From Collimonas sp. (GTDB taxonomy: Bacteria; Pseudomonadota; Gammaproteobacteria; Burkholderiales; Burkholderiaceae_D): DNA of 64,000 bases. Shown here one piece after another: positions 1-8,594 of this stretch (position 1 is the stretch's first letter; every line of letters begins with the position of its first letter). The position numbers and the translations under genes are program-made. Under the pieces are notes generated by a model. It did not search any database. It was not told where the DNA came from and saw nothing but the letters and a program-made list of their open reading frames with translations. The stretch lies in assembly GCF_039923675.1 (NCBI RefSeq), contig NZ_JBDTCG010000015.1:14098-78097 (forward strand), given 5' to 3'.

Positions 1-589
1 CCAGGTTGCCGCTCATCTTGGAACCAGCCTGGAAGATGACGAACAGCGTCAACAGCATGAAGCCGAACAGGATCAGGCCGTGGGCGGCGACTGCGCCGAA
101 ATGCCGGCCGACGGTGACCGCCGCTTCCACATGCAATCCTTTGATGAATGGCGAGTCGTGCAATGGCCGGGCGAGGTTTTCTTGCCACCAGCTGACGATT
201 TGCGGGGCGCCGAAAGGCAGATGCTCGGCCAAGCCGGGCAGGGGAATGCCGTTGGCTTCGGCTTGCTTGAACCATTCGATGAAATCATGCGACTCGCGCG
301 CGGCTTGCGTGATAACCAGTGCAAACGGCAGCACCACGAACAAGGCGACTGCGGCAGTCAGCAGCAAGGCGACGCCGGTGTTGCGGGTGCGCGATCCGTG
401 CGGGGTTTCCAGACGCAGCAGCAGTGGCCACAAGGCGATGGCAATCACGCCGGCCCACACCACAGCGGGAATGAAATCGCGCATGACCCACAGCGCGAGC
501 AACACCAGCAGGGCGTACAGCCCGGTCGATGCGGCGTTCTGGATTTTCTTGCCGGCCGGCTCAGCTTCACCTTGTTTGCGTTGGATCAT
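1..589 (-). CDS. AI-2E family (PerM/UPF0118-like) membrane transporter, N-terminal part; 3' end lies beyond the window edge
   Basis: Not in the ORF track because it runs off the edge. My minus-strand translation from ATG at 589-587 reads MIQRKQGEAEPAGKKIQNAASTGLYALLVLLALWVMRDFIPAVVWAGVIAIALWPLLLRLE... It has several hydrophobic helices and an N-terminal pattern typical of AI-2E permeases. The + strand ORFs 6..662 and 80..610 are Arg/Cys-rich shadows. Confidence 0.6.
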   Translation of the reverse strand, partial: MIQRKQGEAEPAGKKIQNAASTGLYALLVLLALWVMRDFIPAVVWAGVIAIALWPLLLRLETPHGSRTRNTGVALLLTAAVALFVVLPFALVITQAARESHDFIEWFKQAEANGIPLPGLAEHLPFGAPQIVSWWQENLARPLHDSPFIKGLHVEAAVTVGRHFGAVAAHGLILFGFMLLTLFVIFQAGSKMSGNL

Positions 590-606
590 GGAATCTCTTT
601 TCTCGG

Positions 607-1236
607 TTAGCCGCCAGGGCAGGTCAATGGACGGTCGTTCAAGCCTTGTTTGTCAACGCTGAAACTGATTTTTGTCGCGCCGTTGTCACGCGTGATGCGC
701 AACAGATAGATGCTGTCGAAATCGGCGTCATCCCAGTGCGGCACGCTGGCGCGGTCGCCGCCGTATTCCACCACGATTTGCCGCGCCAGTTTCTCGATGA
801 TCTTGTGTTCCCAGCCGACCAGCAGCAGGCTGCGGCGGTATTGCGGCGCCAGCAGCGCGCTACGCAGATCGTCGATCTTGGAAAAATCGATCGACGCATT
901 CACCGGCAAGCCGAAATAGATGGCGCTGGGCTCGACCGTGGCCAGCGGGCGGACATAGTCGTAGCGGGTGCCATGGTCTTTCTTTTGGGTGGCTGGATCG
1001 GGGGCGAAAATGAAATCCGGTTTGCCATATTTCGCTTCGATGACGCGCGGCAGCGCCAGTGCGCGGTTGAGGCCCCGGCAATTCAGCTGGCCGAGGCCGG
1101 CGTCGGGTTTTTCGCCGTGGCGTAGCAGTACGATGGTTTCAACATCGGAGTTTGCTGCAATTGCAGAAGCCTGCATGCTGGCGACTACGGAAATACTGAT
1201 GAGAAGCTGTGCAATGCGTGACGATGAGAGTTTCAT
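607..1236 (-). CDS. secreted histidine phosphatase family protein
   Basis: Internal ATG at 1236 gives MKLSSSRIAQLLISISVVASMQASA (signal peptide) followed by the catalytic RHG motif (LLRHGEKP). The upstream part of the 257-aa ORF looks non-coding. Confidence 0.7.
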   Translation of the reverse strand: MKLSSSRIAQLLISISVVASMQASAIAANSDVETIVLLRHGEKPDAGLGQLNCRGLNRALALPRVIEAKYGKPDFIFAPDPATQKKDHGTRYDYVRPLATVEPSAIYFGLPVNASIDFSKIDDLRSALLAPQYRRSLLLVGWEHKIIEKLARQIVVEYGGDRASVPHWDDADFDSIYLLRITRDNGATKISFSVDKQGLNDRPLTCPGG

Positions 1237-1545
1237 GAAGATCTGAATGAGATAAAAGCCGAATAGCTCGTTGATTATGAAGGGAATTTTCGAAAAATTT
1301 CTATCAAAGAAGTCCGCCAAAGAGGAGTCGATGTCGAGGAATGCTGATTGGGTCACGATCAAGAAACCATGCCCTGTCAAACTCCTGTCATATTAGCCCG
1401 CTAAGATAGCCTTGCTGAATTGCTCCAGGTTGTCGATATGTGAGTAGATTCATTCATAGCCTTGTCACTTTGCAGATAGCACTGGATGGCTAGAATCTTC
1501 TCACATATCGGTACTTCCAAAGCCTCGCACTACGCGGGGCTTTTT

Positions 1546-1887
1546 TCATTTCCATTGCGAAAGCTGGTATTTGCGGGCCCCGCGCCGGTAATAAAACGCC
1601 ATGACCAGTCCAAAGGATAGGCCGGCAAGCAGCGCGGTACATACCGCATCAGAGCCCGTCAGCGCGCTGTCGGACCAGATGCTAAACCACATGATCGCGC
1701 CCCATGAAATGCCAAAAAAGAGGCCGTTGAATACAAAGTTGCGGGCGAAGCCGGCGAAATGCGGCGGCGCTGCGCTGATGCCGGCGCTCCACGGCAAGCG
1801 ATATATCGGCGGCGCGTAGTTACTGCGCCAGATGGCGGTGGTTGCCAGTTTTTCCAAGGCTTCATTTACTGCTTGCGGATACGCCAT
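1546..1887 (-). CDS. small hypothetical inner-membrane protein
   Basis: Start taken at MAYPQ (ATG 1887), preceded by GGGAG 7 nt upstream. Two clear hydrophobic helices (FVFNGLFFGISWGAIMWFSIW and AVCTALLAGLSFGLVMAFYY). No family recognised with certainty. Confidence 0.5.
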   Translation of the reverse strand: MAYPQAVNEALEKLATTAIWRSNYAPPIYRLPWSAGISAAPPHFAGFARNFVFNGLFFGISWGAIMWFSIWSDSALTGSDAVCTALLAGLSFGLVMAFYYRRGARKYQLSQWK

Positions 1888-1920
1888 TCGAGCCACTCCC
1901 ATGAAGATGCAAGACCATTA

Positions 1921-2496
1921 TCAGCTACCAATGACTTTCTCAATGCGCCGGTCCGGAATCAGCCACATGATGGCTACCAGCACGTAGAGCCCCAGCCCGA
2001 TCCAGCGATTGACGAAAGTCAACGGGATCGCCAGGGCATAACCGATCACCGAGAGCTTGCCTTTGAGATCGTTGCCAATGGCTTTGGCCAGGGCCGATTC
2101 CGCGCCATGCAGCTTGATCAGCATGCGGCTCAAGATGTAATAGGCGACGCCGGCCATCAGCAGCACCACGCCGTACAAGGCGACCGGGACTTCGGAGAAA
2201 TGGTTTTCACCCATCCAGCCGGTAGCGAAAGGAATCAGGGATAGCCAGAACAAGAGGTGCAGGTTGGCCCATAGCACCGGACCGTTGATTTTCTGTACCG
2301 CATGCAGCATGTGATGGTGGTTGTTCCAGTAGATGCCGGTGTACACAAAGCTCAGTATGTAGCTGACAAACACCGGATAGATCAGCCACAGCGCCGCCAG
2401 GCTGGCTTCGTGCGGGACTTTCAGCTCCAGCACCATGATGGTAATGATGATGGCGATGACGCCATCGCTAAACGCTTCCAGACGAGTCTTGCCCAT
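1921..2496 (-). CDS. TMEM175-family potassium channel (DUF1211)
   Basis: N-terminal signature RLEAFSDGVIAIIITIMVLE (RxxxFSD helix-1 motif), six hydrophobic helices, ~190 aa as in bacterial TMEM175 homologues. AGGAAG SD lies 6 nt upstream of the ATG. Confidence 0.8.
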   Translation of the reverse strand: MGKTRLEAFSDGVIAIIITIMVLELKVPHEASLAALWLIYPVFVSYILSFVYTGIYWNNHHHMLHAVQKINGPVLWANLHLLFWLSLIPFATGWMGENHFSEVPVALYGVVLLMAGVAYYILSRMLIKLHGAESALAKAIGNDLKGKLSVIGYALAIPLTFVNRWIGLGLYVLVAIMWLIPDRRIEKVIGS

Positions 2497-2719
2497 GCAT
2501 GCTTCCTTTTTGATTCAAATACCTATGCGCCGCTCTCAAGGCGCCACCGGTATTTTGTGCGTTTTCCCGAAACCGCATGCTAGCGCGCATTGGTTTTTGC
2601 CACAATAATTTACTTAACGTTACAATTGTTGCTCCTTGGAAGAACATTGACGCGCGCGAGCCCGTAGACTGAGGTTGTGAAATGGCGAAATCGCCGCAGG
2701 TAGCACAACAGGAAATCAA

Positions 2720-3064
2720 ATGAAAAAACTTTTAGCATGTCTGGCGTTTGGCGCCCTCGCTGCAGGCGCATGCGGCAGCGCTGCGGCTGGCGTGCATGTC
2801 GACCTCGGCTTTTACGTGCCGCCGCCACCGCAGCCATACTACCCTCCGCCTCAACCCTACTACGCCCCGCCTCAGCCATATTACCCGCCAGTGGTGCAAT
2901 ACGAGCCGCGTTACGTTCCGGCGCCGGTGTATTACCCGCCGCCGCAGGAAGTCTATGTCGTGCCGGGCTGGCGCGAGCGCCGCGACGACGAATGGCGGCG
3001 CGAAGAATGGCGTCGCCAGCATGAACGGTATGACCGCCGCCGTTACCGTGACGACAGGGATTAA
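2720..3064 (+). CDS. small secreted Pro/Tyr-repeat protein with Arg/Asp/Glu/Trp-rich C-terminus
   Basis: Signal peptide MKKLLACLAFGALAAGACGSAAAG, then PPPQPYY-type repeats (PPPPQPYYPPPQPYYAPPQPYYPP) and a tail WRERRDDEWRREEWRRQHERYDRRRYRDDRD. Followed by an intrinsic terminator. Confidence 0.6.
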   Translation: MKKLLACLAFGALAAGACGSAAAGVHVDLGFYVPPPPQPYYPPPQPYYAPPQPYYPPVVQYEPRYVPAPVYYPPPQEVYVVPGWRERRDDEWRREEWRRQHERYDRRRYRDDRD

Positions 3065-3073
3065 GCCATCCGA

Positions 3074-3098
3074 AGCCCGCCGGCCAGCGGGCTTTTTT
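3074..3098 (+). terminator. rho-independent terminator
   Basis: agcccgc-cggcca-gcgggct stem-loop followed by tttttt, directly after the stop at 3064. Confidence 0.7.
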
Positions 3099-3145
3099 AT
3101 GGTTGCAGTGCTTGCCCGCCTTGCGCGCATCAAGCAGGTTCAGCG

Positions 3146-3574
3146 TCAACGTCCCCAGCATTCTTCCATCGTCGCGCTATTGCCGATCAGCCCGCGCGCG
3201 CCGGTGTGGTCCAGGCTCAGGATGCCACATTTATCCGCACGGAGCGGGGCCGCTCTTAACTCATAGGCCGTGGCTTGCGTTTGTCCGGCTGCCAGGCTGA
3301 TTTCATACTTTGCTGCGCCGTTCTTCGGCGACTGTTTCAGGTCGGCAGGCAGGAGAGGTGGTTGGCTATCCATGCCGAGATAGTTGTGTTGCACCGAGAA
3401 GCGGCGCTCCATCCAGTTGGCGGCTTCCAGCAGCACCGCGCGCGCGGCGACTCTTTCGCTGCGTCTGACATATTCGCTGTAATTGGCTAACGCCACGCTG
3501 CTCAGGATGGCGACCAGTGTCACCACTATCATCAATTCGAGCAAGCTGAAGCCGTTTGCGCATTGCTTGTTCAT
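3146..3574 (-). CDS. pilE: type IV pilin, PilE-like
   Basis: MNKQCANGFSLLELMIVVTLVAIL is a prepilin leader with the G|FSLLE cleavage/methylation motif. About 140 aa, last gene of the minor-pilin cluster. Confidence 0.8.
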   Translation of the reverse strand: MNKQCANGFSLLELMIVVTLVAILSSVALANYSEYVRRSERVAARAVLLEAANWMERRFSVQHNYLGMDSQPPLLPADLKQSPKNGAAKYEISLAAGQTQATAYELRAAPLRADKCGILSLDHTGARGLIGNSATMEECWGR

Positions 3575-3587
3575 GAACGGCTGATTT

Positions 3588-5420
3588 TCAGTCTGGATCG
3601 ACAATAGACGGCGGTACCGGCAGTTGGCGCCAGGTCCTTACCGGGCGCTGGTTTGCCGGGTTGATCTCAACCGTGTGCGGCAAACCGTCGCGGCCGCTGA
3701 TCACGAGTTGCTTGCGGCCATCCGGCAGCTTGATGAAAAGCGGCGAAACGATGGAAGCCGGGACTTCCATAACCGACGTGTCTTTTGGATGGCCAGCCAG
3801 CGCGGCGTCACTGGTGGCGCCGCCGGTGTTGTAGTCGATTGCAATCAGGTAGGATTTTTCCTGAGCCGGCGCATAAGTCTGCACCCACAACACGCCATCG
3901 ATAATCTGCAATTTGCCGACGATGTAGCCGAGCTTGGCGGGCAGGTCGATATACCAGCCGCGCAGGGTGCTCCAATTGACGCCGTTGCTGCTCAGCCGCC
4001 ATTGGCCATCGCTGGCTTCGGTCAGCGTCTGCCGCTGCAACTCTCGTCTTCCGCTCACCGGACCGTCGCCGGGTTTTTCCCAGATACCATACAGGCTTTG
4101 CTGTTGCGCCGCGCCGGGAATCCGGCCATCGTCGGCTTTGCCGCCGCCAAACATGGCAAGAGTGCCGCCTTTGGCATGCAATTCAAGCAAGGGCTGTTGC
4201 GTAATCGATTGCAGCTTGCCGGCGACGTCTTCTGCAATAAACAGGGGTTGCCGGTTGAACGCGGTTTGCCAGCGTAGAGGATCGCTGGCGCTCAGATCGA
4301 CCTTCCAGAAACGGCCTTGCAAATCGCCGGCGTAGACGGCATTGACTGCGCGCAGCAGGTTGAACGCCAGGGCGGGCGTCGCCAGGCCGTTCGGTGATTC
4401 CGGATCGCCAACCCCGATGGAAATTTTCCTGATCAGGCGGCCGCCGGTCAGCTCGACCAGATACAGCACGGCGTCCAGATTCTCGCTTTGATAACCGTTG
4501 CCATACATCGCCGCCCACTTGCCGTTCGACAGGCGGATAGCGAAAGCTTCCCCAGTCAGGTAGCCCATATCGCTATCGCTTGCTCCCGTGCCGTCGTCTG
4601 CAGCGCTTCTTTGCCAGAGCAACGATGGCGCAGCAGGCGGACTGCTCACGTCAAGCGCAAACAGGCTCCTGGCGCCGCCGCCGGTCGAGCCGAGCAGGAT
4701 GGTCTTCCATGCCGCACTGCCAGGATTGTCGAGATACGCATCGCCCACCGTGAGCAGTCCATCCACGAACGGACGATGAATGTAATCCGTGGCGCTCAAT
4801 GCGGGCAGGGTATCAAATATCGCCTGCGGAATGAAGGCTGCGGTTTCCACGCCGTCATGGGCATCGAACGCGTGCAGCATGCCGTCATTGGCGCCGACAT
4901 AGAGCATCGCCTGACGATGTTTCTTGCTTTTGACGTACTCCAGATACTTGTTGCCACCATCGTTGGCGGGACTCAGGTTATAGGCGGAATCAGAGAGGCC
5001 GACATACAACGGCGCGGAGTAAATGATATCTCCCAGCTTGCCTTTGCGATGACGGAAGCCGCCGCCGTGAGACGTTTCCAGCTTATCGTTGCCGCGCAGG
5101 TATTCCAGCACATCCTCAGATGACAGGGCGGCTTTTTGCGCATCTGTCAGTTGCCGCCATTCGAATGCAATGGCGTTTGCGCCGCCCGCTGTCGTTCCGA
5201 TTTGGCGCGTCTGCCATGGCGGAATGAGGTCGGCCGCATCCCATTGCGCGGTCTTGGAAACGCCATCTTTGCCGATCGGATAGGCTTTGATATGTCCCTG
5301 CCATGAGACGACGTCATAACTGCCGGTATAGATGAAGGGCGGCTGATCCGGTGTCTCTGCGGCTAGCACTAGAGAGGGCATCAGGGCGATGGCGCAGATG
5401 CTGGAAAACACGGCTTTCAT
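3588..5420 (-). CDS. pilY1: PilY1-like type IV pilus tip-associated protein; short form, C-terminal beta-propeller region only
   Basis: Signal peptide MKAVFSSICAIALMPSLVLA. Sequence character (WQGHIKAY..., YVGANDGMLHAFDA..., GDLQGRFWKVDL) matches the conserved PilY1/PilC C-terminal domain. It sits between pilX and pilE. At about 610 aa it is much shorter than typical PilY1 proteins of about 1000 aa or more. Confidence 0.75.
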   Translation of the reverse strand: MKAVFSSICAIALMPSLVLAAETPDQPPFIYTGSYDVVSWQGHIKAYPIGKDGVSKTAQWDAADLIPPWQTRQIGTTAGGANAIAFEWRQLTDAQKAALSSEDVLEYLRGNDKLETSHGGGFRHRKGKLGDIIYSAPLYVGLSDSAYNLSPANDGGNKYLEYVKSKKHRQAMLYVGANDGMLHAFDAHDGVETAAFIPQAIFDTLPALSATDYIHRPFVDGLLTVGDAYLDNPGSAAWKTILLGSTGGGARSLFALDVSSPPAAPSLLWQRSAADDGTGASDSDMGYLTGEAFAIRLSNGKWAAMYGNGYQSENLDAVLYLVELTGGRLIRKISIGVGDPESPNGLATPALAFNLLRAVNAVYAGDLQGRFWKVDLSASDPLRWQTAFNRQPLFIAEDVAGKLQSITQQPLLELHAKGGTLAMFGGGKADDGRIPGAAQQQSLYGIWEKPGDGPVSGRRELQRQTLTEASDGQWRLSSNGVNWSTLRGWYIDLPAKLGYIVGKLQIIDGVLWVQTYAPAQEKSYLIAIDYNTGGATSDAALAGHPKDTSVMEVPASIVSPLFIKLPDGRKQLVISGRDGLPHTVEINPANQRPVRTWRQLPVPPSIVDPD

Positions 5421-5465
5421 GGAACAGCGCCTTCTCGGTAAGAGCACGATTGTCAACAGCCAAAC

Positions 5466-6032
5466 TTACAGAAGCAGATAGCTTTGCAATAACACCACCG
5501 CCGCGCTGCTGGCGCCGATGCCGCGTGCCGTAATCCGGAAAGCCGGCCGCGGCTGCGGAACGTCAAGATGAAATTGCAGATCCGTTTCAAACTCCAGGCG
5601 TTCAACCATACAGCGTGCGGGTGAGGCAGGCGTGACGCCTTCAGCGCCGATCCGCGGCACCGGCACGGATACCTGGTCATTGCGCCAGCTGTCGGCCATT
5701 TCCCAGTATTGCTTGCCGTCTGCGCCAACTCCCGCATGCGGTCCCTGTTTGAGCAACGGAATCGCAATCGGCGTCAGCTGCAGCTGGTTTTCGCAAAAGC
5801 GCAAGGCATGCTCGGCGGATTGGAACGCCAATTGCTGGCTGCCGGCGTTGGCCGCCATTTTTTCTTCAAACACTGCGGTGCGCAAAGAACTGATACCGAG
5901 AAAACCCATCACCAGCAGGCAGATCAGCAGCATCGGCAACACCACGCCGTGTTGCCAGAACCCTTGCGGAAATAGGTGAGCTGAGGCCGGGACGGTCGAC
6001 AAACGCAGCAACCGGCTTGTCGTTATCCTCAT
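5466..6032 (-). CDS. pilX: PilX-like minor pilin / pilus assembly protein
   Basis: N-terminal hydrophobic segment followed by RTAVFEEKMAANAGSQQLAFQSAEHAL, resembling the PilX_N domain. ATGA overlap with pilV (6029-6032). Sits directly upstream of pilY1. Confidence 0.65.
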   Translation of the reverse strand: MRITTSRLLRLSTVPASAHLFPQGFWQHGVVLPMLLICLLVMGFLGISSLRTAVFEEKMAANAGSQQLAFQSAEHALRFCENQLQLTPIAIPLLKQGPHAGVGADGKQYWEMADSWRNDQVSVPVPRIGAEGVTPASPARCMVERLEFETDLQFHLDVPQPRPAFRITARGIGASSAAVVLLQSYLLL

Positions 6033-6571
6033 GGGGAGAAAGCGATCGAGAAGCAGCGCACATCCTTATGGCTTGAGGGATCGGCCGCCCCGGGCTGGCA
6101 ATTTTCAGCGATCACGCTGGAGTCGCTGCCTCGAGTATGCATCTCGCGGAAGTACACGCGCGTCGTGAAACCGTCAACCACCGAACCGCTGATCTCGCCC
6201 CAGCCGCCACTGATCGCCTCGCTTAACCGGCTTCGCCATTCGTGGATATCCTTGGCCGCCAGTTCGCGCGCGGTGCAGTCGTCTGGATTAAAGCAAGTTG
6301 GCGGCATCTCGTCGAGCGCGGGATAGCTTTGTTGCGACAAGTTGTAGGCGCCGTCATGCGCGCCGCGGATATTGGCGCGTACGCGGTCGGCAAGATCTGC
6401 GCTGAACCGGCTGACCGTGGCGCGTACATGTGCCGCTTTCTGATAACGCAATGCGGCGGTCTGCACATCGATCAAGGCAAACAAGGCGAAAGCAACGATC
6501 ACAATCGCCACCAGCACCTCTATCATGCCTACCCCGGATTGCGCAGCAGTGTGATTGCCGGCCACGATCAT
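6029..6571 (-). CDS. pilV: type IV pilus modification protein PilV (minor pilin)
   Basis: QSGVGMIEVLVAIVIVAFALFAL prepilin-type N-terminal motif, about 180 aa, first gene of the cluster. Confidence 0.75.
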   Translation of the reverse strand: MIVAGNHTAAQSGVGMIEVLVAIVIVAFALFALIDVQTAALRYQKAAHVRATVSRFSADLADRVRANIRGAHDGAYNLSQQSYPALDEMPPTCFNPDDCTARELAAKDIHEWRSRLSEAISGGWGEISGSVVDGFTTRVYFREMHTRGSDSSVIAENCQPGAADPSSHKDVRCFSIAFSP

Positions 6572-6688
6572 GTCTTACCCCCGTTTTTCAGCGCAACCGC
6601 TTCTGAAGGGAATTATAGAAATCACACGAGGGTAAGGGAATAGGGCATGTACCTAAAGCGCGTCGAAAAATTTTTCAAGAAGACGGTT

Positions 6689-6979
6689 TCAGGAAAATTT
6701 GTCCAGCAACGCCGCAATATCTTTTGCACTTTGCTGCGCATCTTCCGGTGTAGCGGCCGCCGCCGTGTGGGTCACGATGGCGCCAGTCAGCAATGTGATA
6801 AACGCGCGGTCGAGCGCCTTGCGTGCAGCCGCCAGCTGCTGCGCGACACCGTTGCAATCAGCCGGCCCGGCGGCGTTGGCAATCAGTTTCTGGACGCCGC
6901 GGATCTGGCCTTCCACCCGCGCCAGCCGGTGCAGCAAATCTTTTTTCTGCTCATCGGTGAGTGCCGTACCGTGGACCAT
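6689..6979 (-). CDS. CsoR/RcnR/FrmR-family (DUF156) metal/stress-sensing transcriptional repressor
   Basis: LLHRLARVEGQIRGVQKLI matches the family hallmark (RLxRIEGQxRG). Size is about 96 aa from MVHGT (ATG 6979). The track's 121-aa version starts at a TTG, and 7018 is an alternative ATG. Confidence 0.7.
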   Translation of the reverse strand: MVHGTALTDEQKKDLLHRLARVEGQIRGVQKLIANAAGPADCNGVAQQLAAARKALDRAFITLLTGAIVTHTAAAATPEDAQQSAKDIAALLDKFS

Positions 6980-7082
6980 TTTTGTGGGCGTATCGCTCAA
7001 AGCCAATCTCCTCATTGTTCCTGCGCCGCAAACATCATGCAGGCAGCTTACCAAGGCCAGCGCAAATTACAAGTTCGCTGAA

Positions 7083-8594
7083 TCAGACGGAATGCATGGA
7101 TGGCGATAGCGGGAAACTAAGCGTCACCTTAAGGCCGACGGCGTCAACCTTGCCATCCTTGCTATCGTCCGCACTCGACAGCGTGATCCGGGCGCCATGC
7201 GCGCTGGCGATATCGCGCACAATCGATAAACCGAGACCGGCGCCGCTGGGGTTTTGCTGCTGCGCCGACGGCGCGCGGTAGAAGGCGGAGAAAACCCGTT
7301 CCCGGTCTTCTTCCGCGATGCCCATGCCATTGTCTTCCACTTCCAGTATGGCGCACTGGGCAATGCTGTCGGGCCGCACACGCAGGATGATCTTGCCTGC
7401 GACGGGTGTGTAGCGGATCGCATTATCCAGCAGATTACTGACCAGTTCATGCAGCAATAGTGCATTGCCGTCGATCAGCAGTTCCTGCTCGGCGTCGAAC
7501 GACAAATCGATCTGCTTTTTCACCGCCGCGAGTGCATGCTCGAGACCGACCTGACGCGTGATGTCTGTCAGCGATACCGGTGTCACGCCGCTCTCAGCCA
7601 CGCCATGTTCGGCGCGCGCCAAGGTCAGCAAGCGGTTTGCCAGATGCACCGTGGCGTCAGTAGTGCCGGCGATGCCGGCGACAATTTCGCGCATGTTTTC
7701 GCGTATGTCTTGCCAGGCCCGTGCATCGTTGGGGTTACGGTCGAGTTCACGCAAGGCCAGCTCGGCCTGGGTCTTGAGCACGGTCAGCGGCGTGCGCAGC
7801 TGGTGCGAAGCATCTGCAATGAAACGGCGCTGGCCGCTGATCAGCGCTTGCAAACGGCCCATGTAGCCGTTCATGGCCACCACCAGCGGCCTGACTTCCT
7901 TGTGTACCTGGTTGGCATCGAAATCGCTCAGATCCGAGGTGGCGCGCGCTTCCACCGTGACTTTCAGCTGCATCAGCGGCCCCAGCACAAAGCGTACGGC
8001 AAACCAGACCAGCAGCGCCGCGACCATCACCAGCAAACCTTGCCGCCATAAGGTGCTGAACAGGATTTTTCGGGTGAGGGCGCTGCGGGCGTCCATGGTC
8101 TCGCCGACCTGGATCAAGGCGATGCCGCGCATCGAGTCGTCGTAGACCGGTTGATACAGAGCGGCGATGCGGACCGGCTGGTTGTGATAATTAGCGTGAT
8201 AAAAACGCACCAGCGCCGGGTAGATTTCCGAGCGCGGCACATCCGGCGGCAATGCCGGCAGGTCTTCATAGCCCGAGACAAATTCGCCGTGCGTCCCGGT
8301 GACCTTGTAGTAGATGCGGCCCAGGGTGTCGGTTTCAAAACTGTCCAGCGCCACATAAGGAACGTCGGCGACCACCTTGCCGTCGACCACCGAAACCCGC
8401 TCTGCGAGCGCCCGGGTCGACGCCAGCAGGGCGCGGTCGTAGGCCAGGTCGGCCACATCCAGCGCATTGCGGTAAACCGAAAAAGCGTCCAGCGCCACCA
8501 CCAGCAACAATGGTATCAACAGCCAGCTAAGCAACTGGCTGCGCAAACTGCCCAGCGATTTTGCGGGCTTGGCGGCGGCGACTTGCAGATTCAT
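7083..8594 (-). CDS. two-component sensor histidine kinase (2CSK_N-type periplasmic domain, TctE-like)
   Basis: H-box FIADASHQLRTPLT. N/G boxes LLDNAIRYTP and DNGMGI...GAGLGLSIV. Two TM segments flank a periplasmic domain. 4-nt overlap with the response regulator gene. Confidence 0.85.
   Translation of the reverse strand: MNLQVAAAKPAKSLGSLRSQLLSWLLIPLLLVVALDAFSVYRNALDVADLAYDRALLASTRALAERVSVVDGKVVADVPYVALDSFETDTLGRIYYKVTGTHGEFVSGYEDLPALPPDVPRSEIYPALVRFYHANYHNQPVRIAALYQPVYDDSMRGIALIQVGETMDARSALTRKILFSTLWRQGLLVMVAALLVWFAVRFVLGPLMQLKVTVEARATSDLSDFDANQVHKEVRPLVVAMNGYMGRLQALISGQRRFIADASHQLRTPLTVLKTQAELALRELDRNPNDARAWQDIRENMREIVAGIAGTTDATVHLANRLLTLARAEHGVAESGVTPVSLTDITRQVGLEHALAAVKKQIDLSFDAEQELLIDGNALLLHELVSNLLDNAIRYTPVAGKIILRVRPDSIAQCAILEVEDNGMGIAEEDRERVFSAFYRAPSAQQQNPSGAGLGLSIVRDIASAHGARITLSSADDSKDGKVDAVGLKVTLSFPLSPSMHSV

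Noticed and set aside
6-662. 218-aa and 176-aa plus-strand ORFs at the left edge.
   Set aside because: Arg/Cys/Ser-rich nonsense composition. The minus strand encodes a coherent multi-TM AI-2E permease N-terminus starting at ATG 589.
1520-1547. Hairpin gcctcgc-acta-gcggggc with a flanking T-run, a possible terminator.
   Set aside because: The stem is imperfect and the T-run is on the plus strand, where no upstream gene ends. On the minus strand, downstream of 1546..1887, no T-run follows. Too weak to call.
2610-3266. Several overlapping ORFs (2610..3161 minus, 2732..3133 minus, 2737..3024 plus, 2748..3266 plus) around the Pro/Tyr-repeat gene.
   Set aside because: Only the 2720..3064 frame has a signal peptide, an SD-like context and a terminator immediately downstream. 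The others are repeat-driven open frames.
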